The position numbers and the translations under genes were made by a program. The notes below the pieces were generated by a model. It had not been told where the DNA came from. It worked only from the letters and a program-made list of their open reading frames with translations, and did not search any database. From an uncultured delta proteobacterium (GTDB taxonomy: Bacteria; Myxococcota_A; Polyangia; Haliangiales; Haliangiaceae), in NCBI GenBank assembly GCA_963848295.1, contig CAWKDB010000010.1, positions 4,448,001-4,512,000 on the forward strand: a stretch of 64,000 nt of DNA, given 5' to 3'. Every line of letters starts with the position of its first letter. Positions within the stretch are counted from its first letter, which is position 1. Below, piece after piece: positions 33,973-47,016 of this stretch.

Positions 33973-34893
33973 CTAGTTGCGGCCGATGACGATGATCCAC
34001 TCGAAGCGAGCGGTCACCGCTTGCGCGCCGATGTCGACCTCGGTGAGGCCATCCGGCGTGATCGGGGTCTGGATGATGCCGAGCGGGGCGCCGTCGCCGA
34101 TCAACGAGCAGCCGACGTTGCCGCGGTCTGCGCTCGCTCCGACCGTGTACAGGCTCGCGGTGTTAAACGCACCGGCTGTCGTCTCCTGATCGGCACCCGC
34201 GTCTGTCGAGACGACGACGGCCTCGCTGCCGTCGGCGTCGTTGTGGGTCGCGCCGCACTCGAAGCGCGCGACGCCTGCCGGGCGCGGATCGGTCGAGCGC
34301 ACGCTGACGTCGTGAGTCATCGCGGTGGTCTCGAGGTTGTCGATCCGGTAGTCGGCTTCGATCGACAGCGAGGCCGAGGTCGCGACCGTGGTCGTCAGGT
34401 AGATCCGGTCCGGCGTGTCGGTGAGCGACACCACGAGCTCGCCCCCTTGGATCGACCAATCCTGCGGCTGGGTCGTCGTCCAGTAGCTCGCGAGTGTCGG
34501 ATCGAAGAACGGGTCGAACAGCACGATCTTGTCGCCTGGCGTGATCGGATCGGGATCGCACGGCGAGTCGACATCATCCATGTCGAGGTCTGGCGTCGCG
34601 GGCGGCGCGGCGACCGGGCAGCGATCGCAGGCGTCGCCGATGCCGTCGCCATCTTCGTCGTGCTGGTTCGTGGTCGAGAGATCCGGGCACAAGTCGTCCT
34701 TGTTGAGGATCCCGTCGCCGTCTTCGTCGCCGTTCGGATCGAGGCAGATCGGCGCGAACAAGCCTTTGTCGCACACGAGATCACCGTCGCACGTCAGGTC
34801 CGAGTTGCACGGGCCTCCCGGAGTCACCTCGGTCTTCGGAGTGCACCCGATGGTTCCCAGCAGCAACGCGGACGCGAGGACGACCAGCTTCAC
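33973..34893 (-). CDS. Lipoprotein with thrombospondin type-3 repeats
   Basis: Lipobox TIGC; DEDGDGILNKDDLCP, DEDGDGIGDACDRCP, DLDMDDVDSPCD. Confidence 0.82.
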   Translation of the reverse strand: MKLVVLASALLLGTIGCTPKTEVTPGGPCNSDLTCDGDLVCDKGLFAPICLDPNGDEDGDGILNKDDLCPDLSTTNQHDEDGDGIGDACDRCPVAAPPATPDLDMDDVDSPCDPDPITPGDKIVLFDPFFDPTLASYWTTTQPQDWSIQGGELVVSLTDTPDRIYLTTTVATSASLSIEADYRIDNLETTAMTHDVSVRSTDPRPAGVARFECGATHNDADGSEAVVVSTDAGADQETTAGAFNTASLYTVGASADRGNVGCSLIGDGAPLGIIQTPITPDGLTEVDIGAQAVTARFEWIIVIGRN

Positions 34894-34928
34894 TGACCCA
34901 GCGTCTCACATCAGCGCACGCGGTGCGA

Positions 34929-37640
34929 TCACTTCGGCAGGGTCGCCATCGTCGGCAAGCTCTGCGTCACGGTCTGCGCCGCCGGGCTGTCCGCGAGCTT
35001 GACCGGCTGGCAATAGACTTTCAGCACGTTCATGTTCTGCTGCAGCCGCTGCTGAAACGTCGAGTCGCTGAGATCACCGGTGATCGGGACGCTGCACACG
35101 GAGTAGTCGCCCGCGGTGAGCGCGTCGAACACCGGCATCGATGCCGCCTTGCCGAACCAGAACTTCATGCCCTTGATGCCGCTCTGCAAGAACCCTTGCG
35201 TCAGATCCTGCGCGTTCGTCACCGCCACCGTGCCGCTGAACAAGAACACCTGCGCCGAGTCGACCTGGTTGCCGGGCAACGCCGCGATCTGCACGGTGAG
35301 CGAGATCTTGCCGACCGGGATGTCGATCGCGACGGTCGCGGTCTGGCCCGCGACGACGATGACGGTCGCGGTCGTCGAGCTCAGCGACATGCCGAAGCCC
35401 TTCGATTGCATCGCGTTGAGCACGTGCGTGCCTTCGGGAACTTTCGGCAACGAGAACGTGCCATCGGCTTCGGTGTTCGCGACCGCGATCTGCGCGCCCG
35501 TGGCTTCCTTGACCGAGTCGGTGATCGTGACGCCGCTCTGCGGCTGACTCGCCATCGTGACCTTGCCGACGATCGCGCCATAACCCTTGAGCGTGAGCGT
35601 GACCGGCGGTGGATCGTCGGTACCGGCCGCGAGGCGCTGTGCCGGCGACTGGCCCTTGACCGGATCGGAGGCGGCGATCGAGACCGACTGGGGGGGCACG
35701 CCGATCAGCGAGAAGCTGCCGTCTTGATCGGACGTGCCGTTGCGGATCCCGCTCATATCGTCGAGGTTGTCGCCGACGTCGTCGGCGCCGGCGATCGAGA
35801 ACAGCATGTTGCCGATCTTGACCGTCGCTCCGGCGACCGGCGATCCGGTCGCATCGACGACCTTGCCGGTGACCCGGCGACCGCGCGTCACCGTGATCGT
35901 GCCTAGGTCGGTCGCCTTGCCGGGATCGATCTTGACGCCCTTCAGCACGTGCTCTGCGAAGTCGACGCCGCGCAGCCGCACGTCGTAGGTGCCGGGCGTC
36001 ACGTCGTCGACCTTGATCACGCCCTTGTCGACCGCGGTCGCCGGCTGATAGCCGACCTGGATGTTCGCGAGCGTCGGCGCCGCGGAGGAACCGGCGATCT
36101 CGATCGTGCCGGTGATCGAGCCTGGTGCGGCGAGCGTGATCTTGACGTCGCGATCGCCGGCCTTCGCTTTCGTGCCGGTCTCGCCCCACCCGCGGTCGCC
36201 ATCCGCGCCACGCGACGCCCACAGCTTGTACGCGCCGTCGGGCAAGCCGCGGATCGTGAACGCGCCGGCACCATCGGTGTGCGCGGAGGACATGCCCGCG
36301 AGCGCCTCCGCTTGGGCCCCACCGTCGGACAGCAGATCGGGGAACGCGTTGACCTGGACCTCGCCGACCGCCTGGCCGGTCTCGTCGGTGACGACGCCGC
36401 TGATCGTGCCGCGCACGTCCAACCTCAGCTCGAGGCCTTTGCGCTCGGCGGTGTCGTGCAAGTCGACGTCGACGACCTTGCTCGCCGCGAGGTCGGACTC
36501 CGCGCGGGCGGTCAGCTTCGTGCGCGCGAGGCCGCGCAGCGTGAACGTGCCGGCGCGATCGGTCGTCGCTTGCCGCGACGCGCCGGCCCACATCATCTGG
36601 CCGCCGGAGCTCGAGATCCGCACGGTGGCGAACGGGACGGCCGCGCCGTCGGTGTCGATCACCCGGCCGGCGACGACTCCGCCCGCTTGCATCGTGATCT
36701 CGACGCCGGTGACCGGCCGATCGCCAACCGTGATCGGCGCTGACTTCGCCGGCGCGTGCTCGCCATCGGTGACCGAGAGAGCGCGCGTGCCGGTCGACGC
36801 CGCGATGATCGAGAACTGGCCCTTCGGATCGGTGACGACGTCATCGCCGGCGGAGTTGCCGAACATGCCGGCGACCGAGACGTGCGCTTTCCCGATCGGC
36901 TTGCCGGTCTCGTCGATCACCCGCCCGGCGATCGCGACGCCTTTGTGCAGCTTGATCACGGCGTGGCCAGTGCCGTGCGACGCGACCGAGCCGAACGTTT
37001 GGCCGGGCGCGTAGCCTGGCGCGGTCGCCGACGCGCTGAACCAACCGGAGTGCACGGGCGACACGGTCGCGACACCGTCGTCGCCGGTCTTCACCGCATG
37101 TTCTCTCTTGGAGTTCACCGTCACCTCCGCGCCGGCGATCGGCTTGCCGCCTTCGTCGTCGACCGTGACCGTGACACCCTCACCTTTGACCAGGCGAACG
37201 ACGACCGGATCGCTCGTGGCCGCGAGCTTGATCTCGACCGGGCCCCCGACCATGTCGGCGTGCTCGGCCCACACCGAGTAGCCACGACCGACCAGCTTGT
37301 CGAACGCGAAGCTGCCGTCGCCCTCGGTCTTCGTCGTCCGCTTCGGGACGCTGTCGATCGAGACCTCGGCGTCGCCGACGCCCTGGCCATCGGGCCCGAC
37401 GACCTGGCCCTCGAGCCGCAGCGGGCCTTCCGGATCGATGTCGAGCTCCCAGCGCGGCGCCATGCCACGCGGTGCCGCGGCGTCGTGCGGCTTCGCGGTG
37501 TCGAGCTTGATCTCGCCCGTGCGCCCCGAGCCGCTACCGGCGGTCGCCGCATCGCCATCGCCGCGGCGATGGACCGCGAAGAGCCAGGCGCCGAACGCGA
37601 TCACGCAGAACCCGACCCATGCAATGAGCTTGCGATTCAT
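34929..37640 (-). CDS. Membrane-anchored protein with repeated carboxypeptidase-regulatory-like domains
   Basis: N-terminal TM; repeated G[RK]V[VI]DxxGxP[VI]xxAxV...TDxxGxF modules. Confidence 0.85.
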   Translation of the reverse strand: MNRKLIAWVGFCVIAFGAWLFAVHRRGDGDAATAGSGSGRTGEIKLDTAKPHDAAAPRGMAPRWELDIDPEGPLRLEGQVVGPDGQGVGDAEVSIDSVPKRTTKTEGDGSFAFDKLVGRGYSVWAEHADMVGGPVEIKLAATSDPVVVRLVKGEGVTVTVDDEGGKPIAGAEVTVNSKREHAVKTGDDGVATVSPVHSGWFSASATAPGYAPGQTFGSVASHGTGHAVIKLHKGVAIAGRVIDETGKPIGKAHVSVAGMFGNSAGDDVVTDPKGQFSIIAASTGTRALSVTDGEHAPAKSAPITVGDRPVTGVEITMQAGGVVAGRVIDTDGAAVPFATVRISSSGGQMMWAGASRQATTDRAGTFTLRGLARTKLTARAESDLAASKVVDVDLHDTAERKGLELRLDVRGTISGVVTDETGQAVGEVQVNAFPDLLSDGGAQAEALAGMSSAHTDGAGAFTIRGLPDGAYKLWASRGADGDRGWGETGTKAKAGDRDVKITLAAPGSITGTIEIAGSSAAPTLANIQVGYQPATAVDKGVIKVDDVTPGTYDVRLRGVDFAEHVLKGVKIDPGKATDLGTITVTRGRRVTGKVVDATGSPVAGATVKIGNMLFSIAGADDVGDNLDDMSGIRNGTSDQDGSFSLIGVPPQSVSIAASDPVKGQSPAQRLAAGTDDPPPVTLTLKGYGAIVGKVTMASQPQSGVTITDSVKEATGAQIAVANTEADGTFSLPKVPEGTHVLNAMQSKGFGMSLSSTTATVIVVAGQTATVAIDIPVGKISLTVQIAALPGNQVDSAQVFLFSGTVAVTNAQDLTQGFLQSGIKGMKFWFGKAASMPVFDALTAGDYSVCSVPITGDLSDSTFQQRLQQNMNVLKVYCQPVKLADSPAAQTVTQSLPTMATLPK

Positions 37641-37743
37641 CGTGGGGGACCGTAAGTCGCCGGATCAGCGGGCGGAAGATGCGACTTCGCTGCGACAGCG
37701 CTGAGACGTACGATTTCCCGCGACTGCGACGGTGGAAGCACGC

Positions 37744-39375
<1,632 letters not shown>

Positions 39376-39403
39376 GCGACGCGGTTTACCACGCGCCCCA
39401 GCG

Positions 39404-39769
39404 CTACGGAGCCGAGCCCGAGCCCGAGCCTGTCGCGGCAGGTGGCGTGGCGGCGCTGCCGCTGCCGACGTTCGGCAAGCGCGCCTTCGCGGCGGCACCC
39501 GCCGGGACCGGCCGACACGTGTTGAGCACGGCGAGGGTCGGCGCCTCGAACATGCATCGCGCCTGCTCGGCGGTCAGGTGGCGCTGCACGCACAACTGGA
39601 CCATCGCCTTCTTGTTCGACAGGTCCATCTCGTCGTGGTTCTTCGCCGGTCCTTGCGCTTGGACCTGGCCCATCAGCACCAAGGCGTGATCGATGATCTG
39701 ATTGCAGGTCGGCGGTGGCGCCGACCGTTTGCACGCGACGACTAACAACACGAAGATCAGGCGGCGCAT
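39404..39769 (-). CDS. Small helical Cys-containing lipoprotein
   Basis: MRRLIFVLLVVAC; four further Cys; GSGSGS tail. Confidence 0.7.
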   Translation of the reverse strand: MRRLIFVLLVVACKRSAPPPTCNQIIDHALVLMGQVQAQGPAKNHDEMDLSNKKAMVQLCVQRHLTAEQARCMFEAPTLAVLNTCRPVPAGAAAKARLPNVGSGSAATPPAATGSGSGSAP

Positions 39770-39780
39770 CGCGATCGATT

Positions 39781-40227
39781 CTACATCTTGCGCGTCATGA
39801 CGAGGCGCGGCGTTGCGGCGAAGCCGGCGCGCTCGTACAGGCGGCGCGCGGGATTGTCCGGCCGGACCTGGAGGTGCAACGCGCGCACGCCGAGCGCTCG
39901 GACCTCGGCGTCGATCAGCGCGAGGGCCGCGGCACCGGCGCCCCGACCGCGAGCGGCCTCGTCGACCCAGATCTCGGTCAGCCACGCATCGCGGCCGGCG
40001 AACTCCAGATCGAAGCCGAACGTCACCATCACGTAGCCGACCGGTGCTCCGGCGGCGTCTTCGATCAGCCATGCGCCACCGACGCCAGGGTCCGCGAGCA
40101 AGACGCGTAGCGCGGCTTCGAGTGCAGTGCGATCGACGGCGATCCCCTCGTGCGCGTTCAGCGCGGCGGTCCGGACGAGCAACACGGGAACATCGGCGAC
40201 GGTGGCGCGGCGGAGGCTGAAACTCAC
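39781..40227 (-). CDS. GNAT N-acetyltransferase
   Basis: EIWVDEAARGRGAG, NPARRLYERAGF. Confidence 0.92.
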   Translation of the reverse strand: MSFSLRRATVADVPVLLVRTAALNAHEGIAVDRTALEAALRVLLADPGVGGAWLIEDAAGAPVGYVMVTFGFDLEFAGRDAWLTEIWVDEAARGRGAGAAALALIDAEVRALGVRALHLQVRPDNPARRLYERAGFAATPRLVMTRKM

Positions 40228-40244
40228 GCGGCGAGCTTAGGCGA

Positions 40245-40613
40245 TCATGGCGTGGCCGGCGTGCCGGCGGTGTCGAACTCGGATTGCGCGTAGCTCGAAA
40301 GCGCTTGCTCGGCGCTGTCGTAAGCGCTCTGCATCATCTCGTTGCTCGTGGTGTTGATCGAGTCCTCGACCTGTTGCGTGTAGGCGTCGCTCTGCGCCTG
40401 GCTACGCGCATCGTCGTCGGCCTCGGCGCGTGCCGCCTCCGCGGCTTGCCAGTCGTAGCCGGGCGCCGGTGGTGAATCGTCGCTCGGCGAGTCGTCGTCG
40501 GGGACGACCCGGGCGGCCGAAGCCGCGGTCGATCCGACCCCATATCGCATCTGTGCGTAGTGGGTGCACGACGTGGCGAGCGCGAGTCCGAGCATGATGG
40601 CGAGCTGCTTCAT
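40245..40613 (-). CDS. Small acidic lipoprotein, hypothetical
   Basis: MKQLAIMLGLALATSC lipobox; low-complexity D/Q/S/A body. Confidence 0.6.
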   Translation of the reverse strand: MKQLAIMLGLALATSCTHYAQMRYGVGSTAASAARVVPDDDSPSDDSPPAPGYDWQAAEAARAEADDDARSQAQSDAYTQQVEDSINTTSNEMMQSAYDSAEQALSSYAQSEFDTAGTPATP

Positions 40614-40672
40614 GCCGCTACGATGCTCGGGTAACGCTGCGCGCATGCTGCGGGCGCGTTAACGAGTGTGAG

Positions 40673-42610
<1,938 letters not shown>

Positions 42611-42742
42611 CTGACTCCTGGAATTACGGCCATTTCTCCGGGAACACAATGGGGATCTGCGCCCGTCGCGCGATTGTTGCGCCGCCGAGTCGAGATCGCG
42701 CGGCGGAGCGTCGCGTCCCGTCGCGGTCGCTCGACACCGTCG

Positions 42743-45661
42743 TCAGTGGTCGGGCGGGGGCGCCTTGAGGACGCCCGGAACGTCGACGATCACCGTCGTC
42801 GCCTCGGGGCCGACCGTCGAGCACCCTGCCTCGGCGTCGATCATCATCGCGCGGATCCGGTCGGACGTGGCCGCCGCGGCGAGCGAATGCCTCGTGAACC
42901 CGACCGCGCAGATCGTCAGGTCGCCGGCCGGAGGCGACTTGACCTCGGCGACGAGATCGTCGGGCACCGCCGGCGGCTTGGCGGCCGAGCCGGCGGGCGT
43001 CGCCATCGCCATCGAGGCGAACATGCCGGCGGCTTTGCCCATCGCGCGGAGCGTCGGGTGCGCGATCGTGTGCTTGCCTCTGTAGACGAACGCGAACGCG
43101 GTCTCCGGCACCGCTTCGGTCGCGCTGCGGGCGATCACGGTCAGGCGGCGGGCGCTCAGCTCGAGCGCGACGCCCGTGACCCGTGCCGAATCGACCTTCA
43201 CGTTGGTGAACAGCGAAGTGTTGTCCCACGCCGCGGTGAGCGCAGCCCACAGGTCGCTGCTCGACGCCGCCGCGACCTGTGCGGTGCCGCGCGGTACGCC
43301 CGCGATCGTGAACGCACCGCCCGGCATGACCGGCGAGAACAGGACATGATGTTGGTCGTAGCGGGCGATGACGACGACGAGGCCGGGCGGGGTGTCGTGA
43401 ACCTGGACGGTGCCAGTGATCTCGCTCGTCGGTCGCACGACGAGGCGCACGTCCGCGCCGACCGCGACGGTCGACGACCAGCGATCGCCGGACTTCGCCG
43501 CGAGGTATCCGCGTGCGCGAAACGCGAACCGGCCGTGCGCGTCGCTCGTGGTTCTCGTGGCGCTCGGCGCGAGCACCTGGGAGGCGACATGCGCGCGGTC
43601 GGACTGCAACACGAGCGCGGCGGCGACCTCGGCACCGGCGACCGGCGCGCCGCGTTCGTCGACGACGATCCCGGCTGCGTCGATCTCGGCGGCCTGCGCA
43701 TCGATTTGCTCGTCGACGTACTTGGAGAAGTCGGGGACCGCTCCGAGGTTGACCTCCGCGTCACCGGCGGCGACGTCGCCGCTGCGCCACTTGGCACCGC
43801 CCGCGTCGGCCGCGAGCTCGCCCGCGGTGCCCGGCGCTTTCACCAGGATCGTCTTCCAGTGCTCGGGCAGTGCGGCGACCGCCGCGAGGTCGGCTGCGGT
43901 GCTGCGCTCGAGTCGGATCCGGGCCTCCTGGACGACCGCGCCGAGGATCGCGCGATCAGCGTGGAGCGGCCGGAGCAGCGTGATCGCACGGTCGCATTGC
44001 GCGATCGCGTCGTCGATCTGCCTCGCGTAGGCGGCCGATTCGGCGTGGAGCAGGGCCAGCGCCGCCTGAGCAGACGCGCTCGGGAACGCCTCGACCGCAG
44101 CCTCGCTGCGGCCCAGGTGGCCGAGCTGGCCCGCGGCATTGCTCAGCTCGGCGCCGGCGACGATCGCATCATCGCCACAGCGCTCGGCTGCGGCGGTCAT
44201 CGCGTCGGAGTCGGCGAGCCTCGCCGCGAGCTCGCTCGCATCGGCATCGTGCATGCCGGCGAGGGTCACGACCAGCGCGAGCGCCCGCGCGCACGGCGCC
44301 GGCGACGCGATCAGGCGCGCGAGGTCGCCGGTCGGGCGTTCGCCGGCCACCGCGCGCCGCGCCGCGAATGCGGCCGCGAGGTCGCCGTCGATCGGCGTGG
44401 TCAGCTTCGGTGGGCTCGGCCGCTGGCATAGCTCGGGCTCGACGAGCTCGGCGGCGAGCTCGTCGCCATCGTCGTTCGGCCCGGTCGAGGCATCGGCGAT
44501 ACGGGCGAGCACCGCGTCGAGACACGCGAGCTGCTGCGACCGTGCCGCCGGTGCCGCCCGACAGGCAGCGCCGCGAATGTCGGTCCAGCGGGCGAGCGCC
44601 CCCGCGAGCAGCGGGCGTCCGTGGATCGCCTTCGCGATCGCCGCCGGATCGAGCGACGCTGCGGGGCAGTCACCGCCGGCGCGAGGCGCGGTATCGCGTG
44701 CGACGACGATCGCGACCGCGGCAGCTGCGACCGCGGCGGCGATGCCACCGCCGATGAGCGCGCGGCGCCGGCGGTGCAGCGCGCGCTCGAGCTGGCCGAG
44801 CAGCGCGTCGAGGCTCGGCCAGCGCTTGCCAGGCTCGAGCGCGAGCCCGCGCCGCAACACGGGGCGCAGCGCCCGCGGAATCGACGCGTCGTCGAGCTTG
44901 CTCGGGCCGCCGAGCACCGCGTCGCGCAGCGCCTCGATCGTCGCGCCGCGGAACGGCCGTTCGCCCGCGAGCGCCTCCCATAGCGCGGCGCAGAACGCGA
45001 ACTGGTCGGTAGCAGGTGTGACTGGCTCGCTGCGCCACTGCTCGGGCGCCATGTACGCCGGCGTGCCCATCAGCCCGGCGGTCATCGTCTTACCGACCGC
45101 GAGCGCGCCGTTCACGACCGACAGCGCGGTCACGGCTTCGGCGTACGCGAGCCCGAAATCGGTGACCACCACGTTGCCGTCGCGCCGGCGCAGCACGTTG
45201 TGGGGCTTGAAGTCGCGATGCACGATCCCGGCGGCGTGCGCGGCGGCCAAGCCGTGCCCTGCGGCGATGAACGCGACGAGGATCTCGCGCTCGCTCGGTT
45301 TGCGATCGAGCCAATCGGCGAGCGAGCCGCCGTCGATCAGCTCCATCGCGATGTAGTCGCGGCCGGCCTCGGTGCCGACCTCGTAGACCGTGATGACATT
45401 CGGATGCGACAGCTTCGCCATCGCGCGCGCCTCGCGCAGCAGGCGAGCGCGAGCATCGGCGCTGTCGCCCGTGTGTAATACTTTCAGCGCGACGCGCCGA
45501 TCGAGCTCGGGATCGCGCGCCTCGTGCACGATGCCCATGCCGCCGCTGCCGAGCACTCCGACCACGTCGAATCGGCCGAGCTTGGCCGGCGCGACGGCTG
45601 CCGCTGTCGAGCCACCCGCGGTCGCGGTGCGCGCGAGCTCGTCGTCGGACGGCGGCGACAT
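42743..45661 (-). CDS. Transmembrane Ser/Thr protein kinase with large C-terminal region
   Basis: GSGGMG, VALK, HRDFKPHN, DFG, GTPAYMAPE; TM after RRRR; C-terminal carboxypeptidase-regulatory-like module. Confidence 0.93.
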   Translation of the reverse strand: MSPPSDDELARTATAGGSTAAAVAPAKLGRFDVVGVLGSGGMGIVHEARDPELDRRVALKVLHTGDSADARARLLREARAMAKLSHPNVITVYEVGTEAGRDYIAMELIDGGSLADWLDRKPSEREILVAFIAAGHGLAAAHAAGIVHRDFKPHNVLRRRDGNVVVTDFGLAYAEAVTALSVVNGALAVGKTMTAGLMGTPAYMAPEQWRSEPVTPATDQFAFCAALWEALAGERPFRGATIEALRDAVLGGPSKLDDASIPRALRPVLRRGLALEPGKRWPSLDALLGQLERALHRRRRALIGGGIAAAVAAAAVAIVVARDTAPRAGGDCPAASLDPAAIAKAIHGRPLLAGALARWTDIRGAACRAAPAARSQQLACLDAVLARIADASTGPNDDGDELAAELVEPELCQRPSPPKLTTPIDGDLAAAFAARRAVAGERPTGDLARLIASPAPCARALALVVTLAGMHDADASELAARLADSDAMTAAAERCGDDAIVAGAELSNAAGQLGHLGRSEAAVEAFPSASAQAALALLHAESAAYARQIDDAIAQCDRAITLLRPLHADRAILGAVVQEARIRLERSTAADLAAVAALPEHWKTILVKAPGTAGELAADAGGAKWRSGDVAAGDAEVNLGAVPDFSKYVDEQIDAQAAEIDAAGIVVDERGAPVAGAEVAAALVLQSDRAHVASQVLAPSATRTTSDAHGRFAFRARGYLAAKSGDRWSSTVAVGADVRLVVRPTSEITGTVQVHDTPPGLVVVIARYDQHHVLFSPVMPGGAFTIAGVPRGTAQVAAASSSDLWAALTAAWDNTSLFTNVKVDSARVTGVALELSARRLTVIARSATEAVPETAFAFVYRGKHTIAHPTLRAMGKAAGMFASMAMATPAGSAAKPPAVPDDLVAEVKSPPAGDLTICAVGFTRHSLAAAATSDRIRAMMIDAEAGCSTVGPEATTVIVDVPGVLKAPPPDH

Positions 45662-45716
45662 CGCGTCACCCTAGACCGAACCACGCGCCGAGTCACGCTC
45701 GCAGCTCGGCTCGGCG

Positions 45717-46886
45717 CTACCCGGCGCGCATCGCGGACATCCGAGGCAGCGAGCGACGACCGCGGGTGCGAACGTCTTCCTCGTCGGGCGCGCGCCGGCG
45801 CAGCTCGGACTCGGTGCCGTGGGGGAACCGGCGCGGCCGCGTGACGACCGTCTTGGGCACTTCGTCTTCGGGTAGGTCGTCGGCGCGCACCGGCACGTGC
45901 GCGTCGGGGAACAGCTGGAACATCAAGCCCGCGATCGCGCGCGGGTCGCACGCCCAGCCGAGCTGCCGCGCGGCGCGTGACAGGTCGTCGATCAGCGCGG
46001 CGGCCGAGGCGTAGCGATGGTCGGGGTCGAGCGACAGCGCTTTCAGCACGACCGCTTCGAGCGCGGCCGGATAGTCGGCGATCAGCACCCGCGGGGCGAC
46101 GAGCTCGCCGCGGACGACCGCGAGCATGCGCGCGAAGTCGGTGGTGCCGCGAAAGCACCGGCGACCGGTCGTCAACTCGTAGAGCACGACCCCGAGCGCG
46201 AACACGTCGGTGCGCAGATCGACGCGCTCGCCCAGACACTGCTCCGGCGACATGTAGCTCGCCTTGCCGCGAACCACGCCGGGCGCGGTGTGTACGGTCG
46301 ACTGCGCGCTCTGTGCGATGCCGAAGTCGATGATCTTCACGACGCCGTCGTGCGTGACCATGATGTTCGACAGCGAGACGTCGCGGTGCACGAGGCGGAG
46401 CGGCCGGCCGTTCGCGTCGCACCGGCGATGCGCGTGATCGAGACCGGCGGCGGCACCGAGCACGATGCCGACCGCAGCTTCGTACGGGATCTCGACGCTC
46501 GCCTGCATCGCGGCATGTGCGATCTCGCGCAGGTCGGCGCCGTCGACGTACTCCATCGCGAGATAGGGCACGCCGCCGAAGCTCGCCATCGCGTAGACCC
46601 GCGGCAAGTTGTCGTGATCGAACAGGGCCATCAGCTTGGCTTCGTCGCGAAACAACGCGCACGAGTCCGCATCGCCGGCGCGGCGTGGTGCGAGCACTTT
46701 GAGCACCGCGGTGCGACCGTCTGCGGTGCGCGCGAGGAACAGGTCGGCCATCCCGCCTTGCGCGAGCAGGCGGACCAACGCGTACTCGCCGAGTTGGCTC
46801 GGCACGTCGGTCGGCGCAGGGCGGCTGGACTCGACAAGCGGCTCGTCGAGGCTGGCGTAGGCGTTGTAACCGGCGACCGCGCTCAT
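45717..46886 (-). CDS. Cytoplasmic Ser/Thr protein kinase
   Basis: QGGMA, AVLK, HRDVSLSN, IDFG, GKASYMSPE, DVFALG. Confidence 0.92.
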   Translation of the reverse strand: MSAVAGYNAYASLDEPLVESSRPAPTDVPSQLGEYALVRLLAQGGMADLFLARTADGRTAVLKVLAPRRAGDADSCALFRDEAKLMALFDHDNLPRVYAMASFGGVPYLAMEYVDGADLREIAHAAMQASVEIPYEAAVGIVLGAAAGLDHAHRRCDANGRPLRLVHRDVSLSNIMVTHDGVVKIIDFGIAQSAQSTVHTAPGVVRGKASYMSPEQCLGERVDLRTDVFALGVVLYELTTGRRCFRGTTDFARMLAVVRGELVAPRVLIADYPAALEAVVLKALSLDPDHRYASAAALIDDLSRAARQLGWACDPRAIAGLMFQLFPDAHVPVRADDLPEDEVPKTVVTRPRRFPHGTESELRRRAPDEEDVRTRGRRSLPRMSAMRAG

Positions 46887-47016
46887 CGTATGAACCTACG
46901 GGCGAGTCCTGCGATCGGATCCCGTGCGTGGGATCTCGCGTGGTTACGCCCGCCGAAGCGAAGGCTGCCTTACAGCTTGTTATGGGGAAGGAATTGGATA
47001 GATTCGCCGACCACCC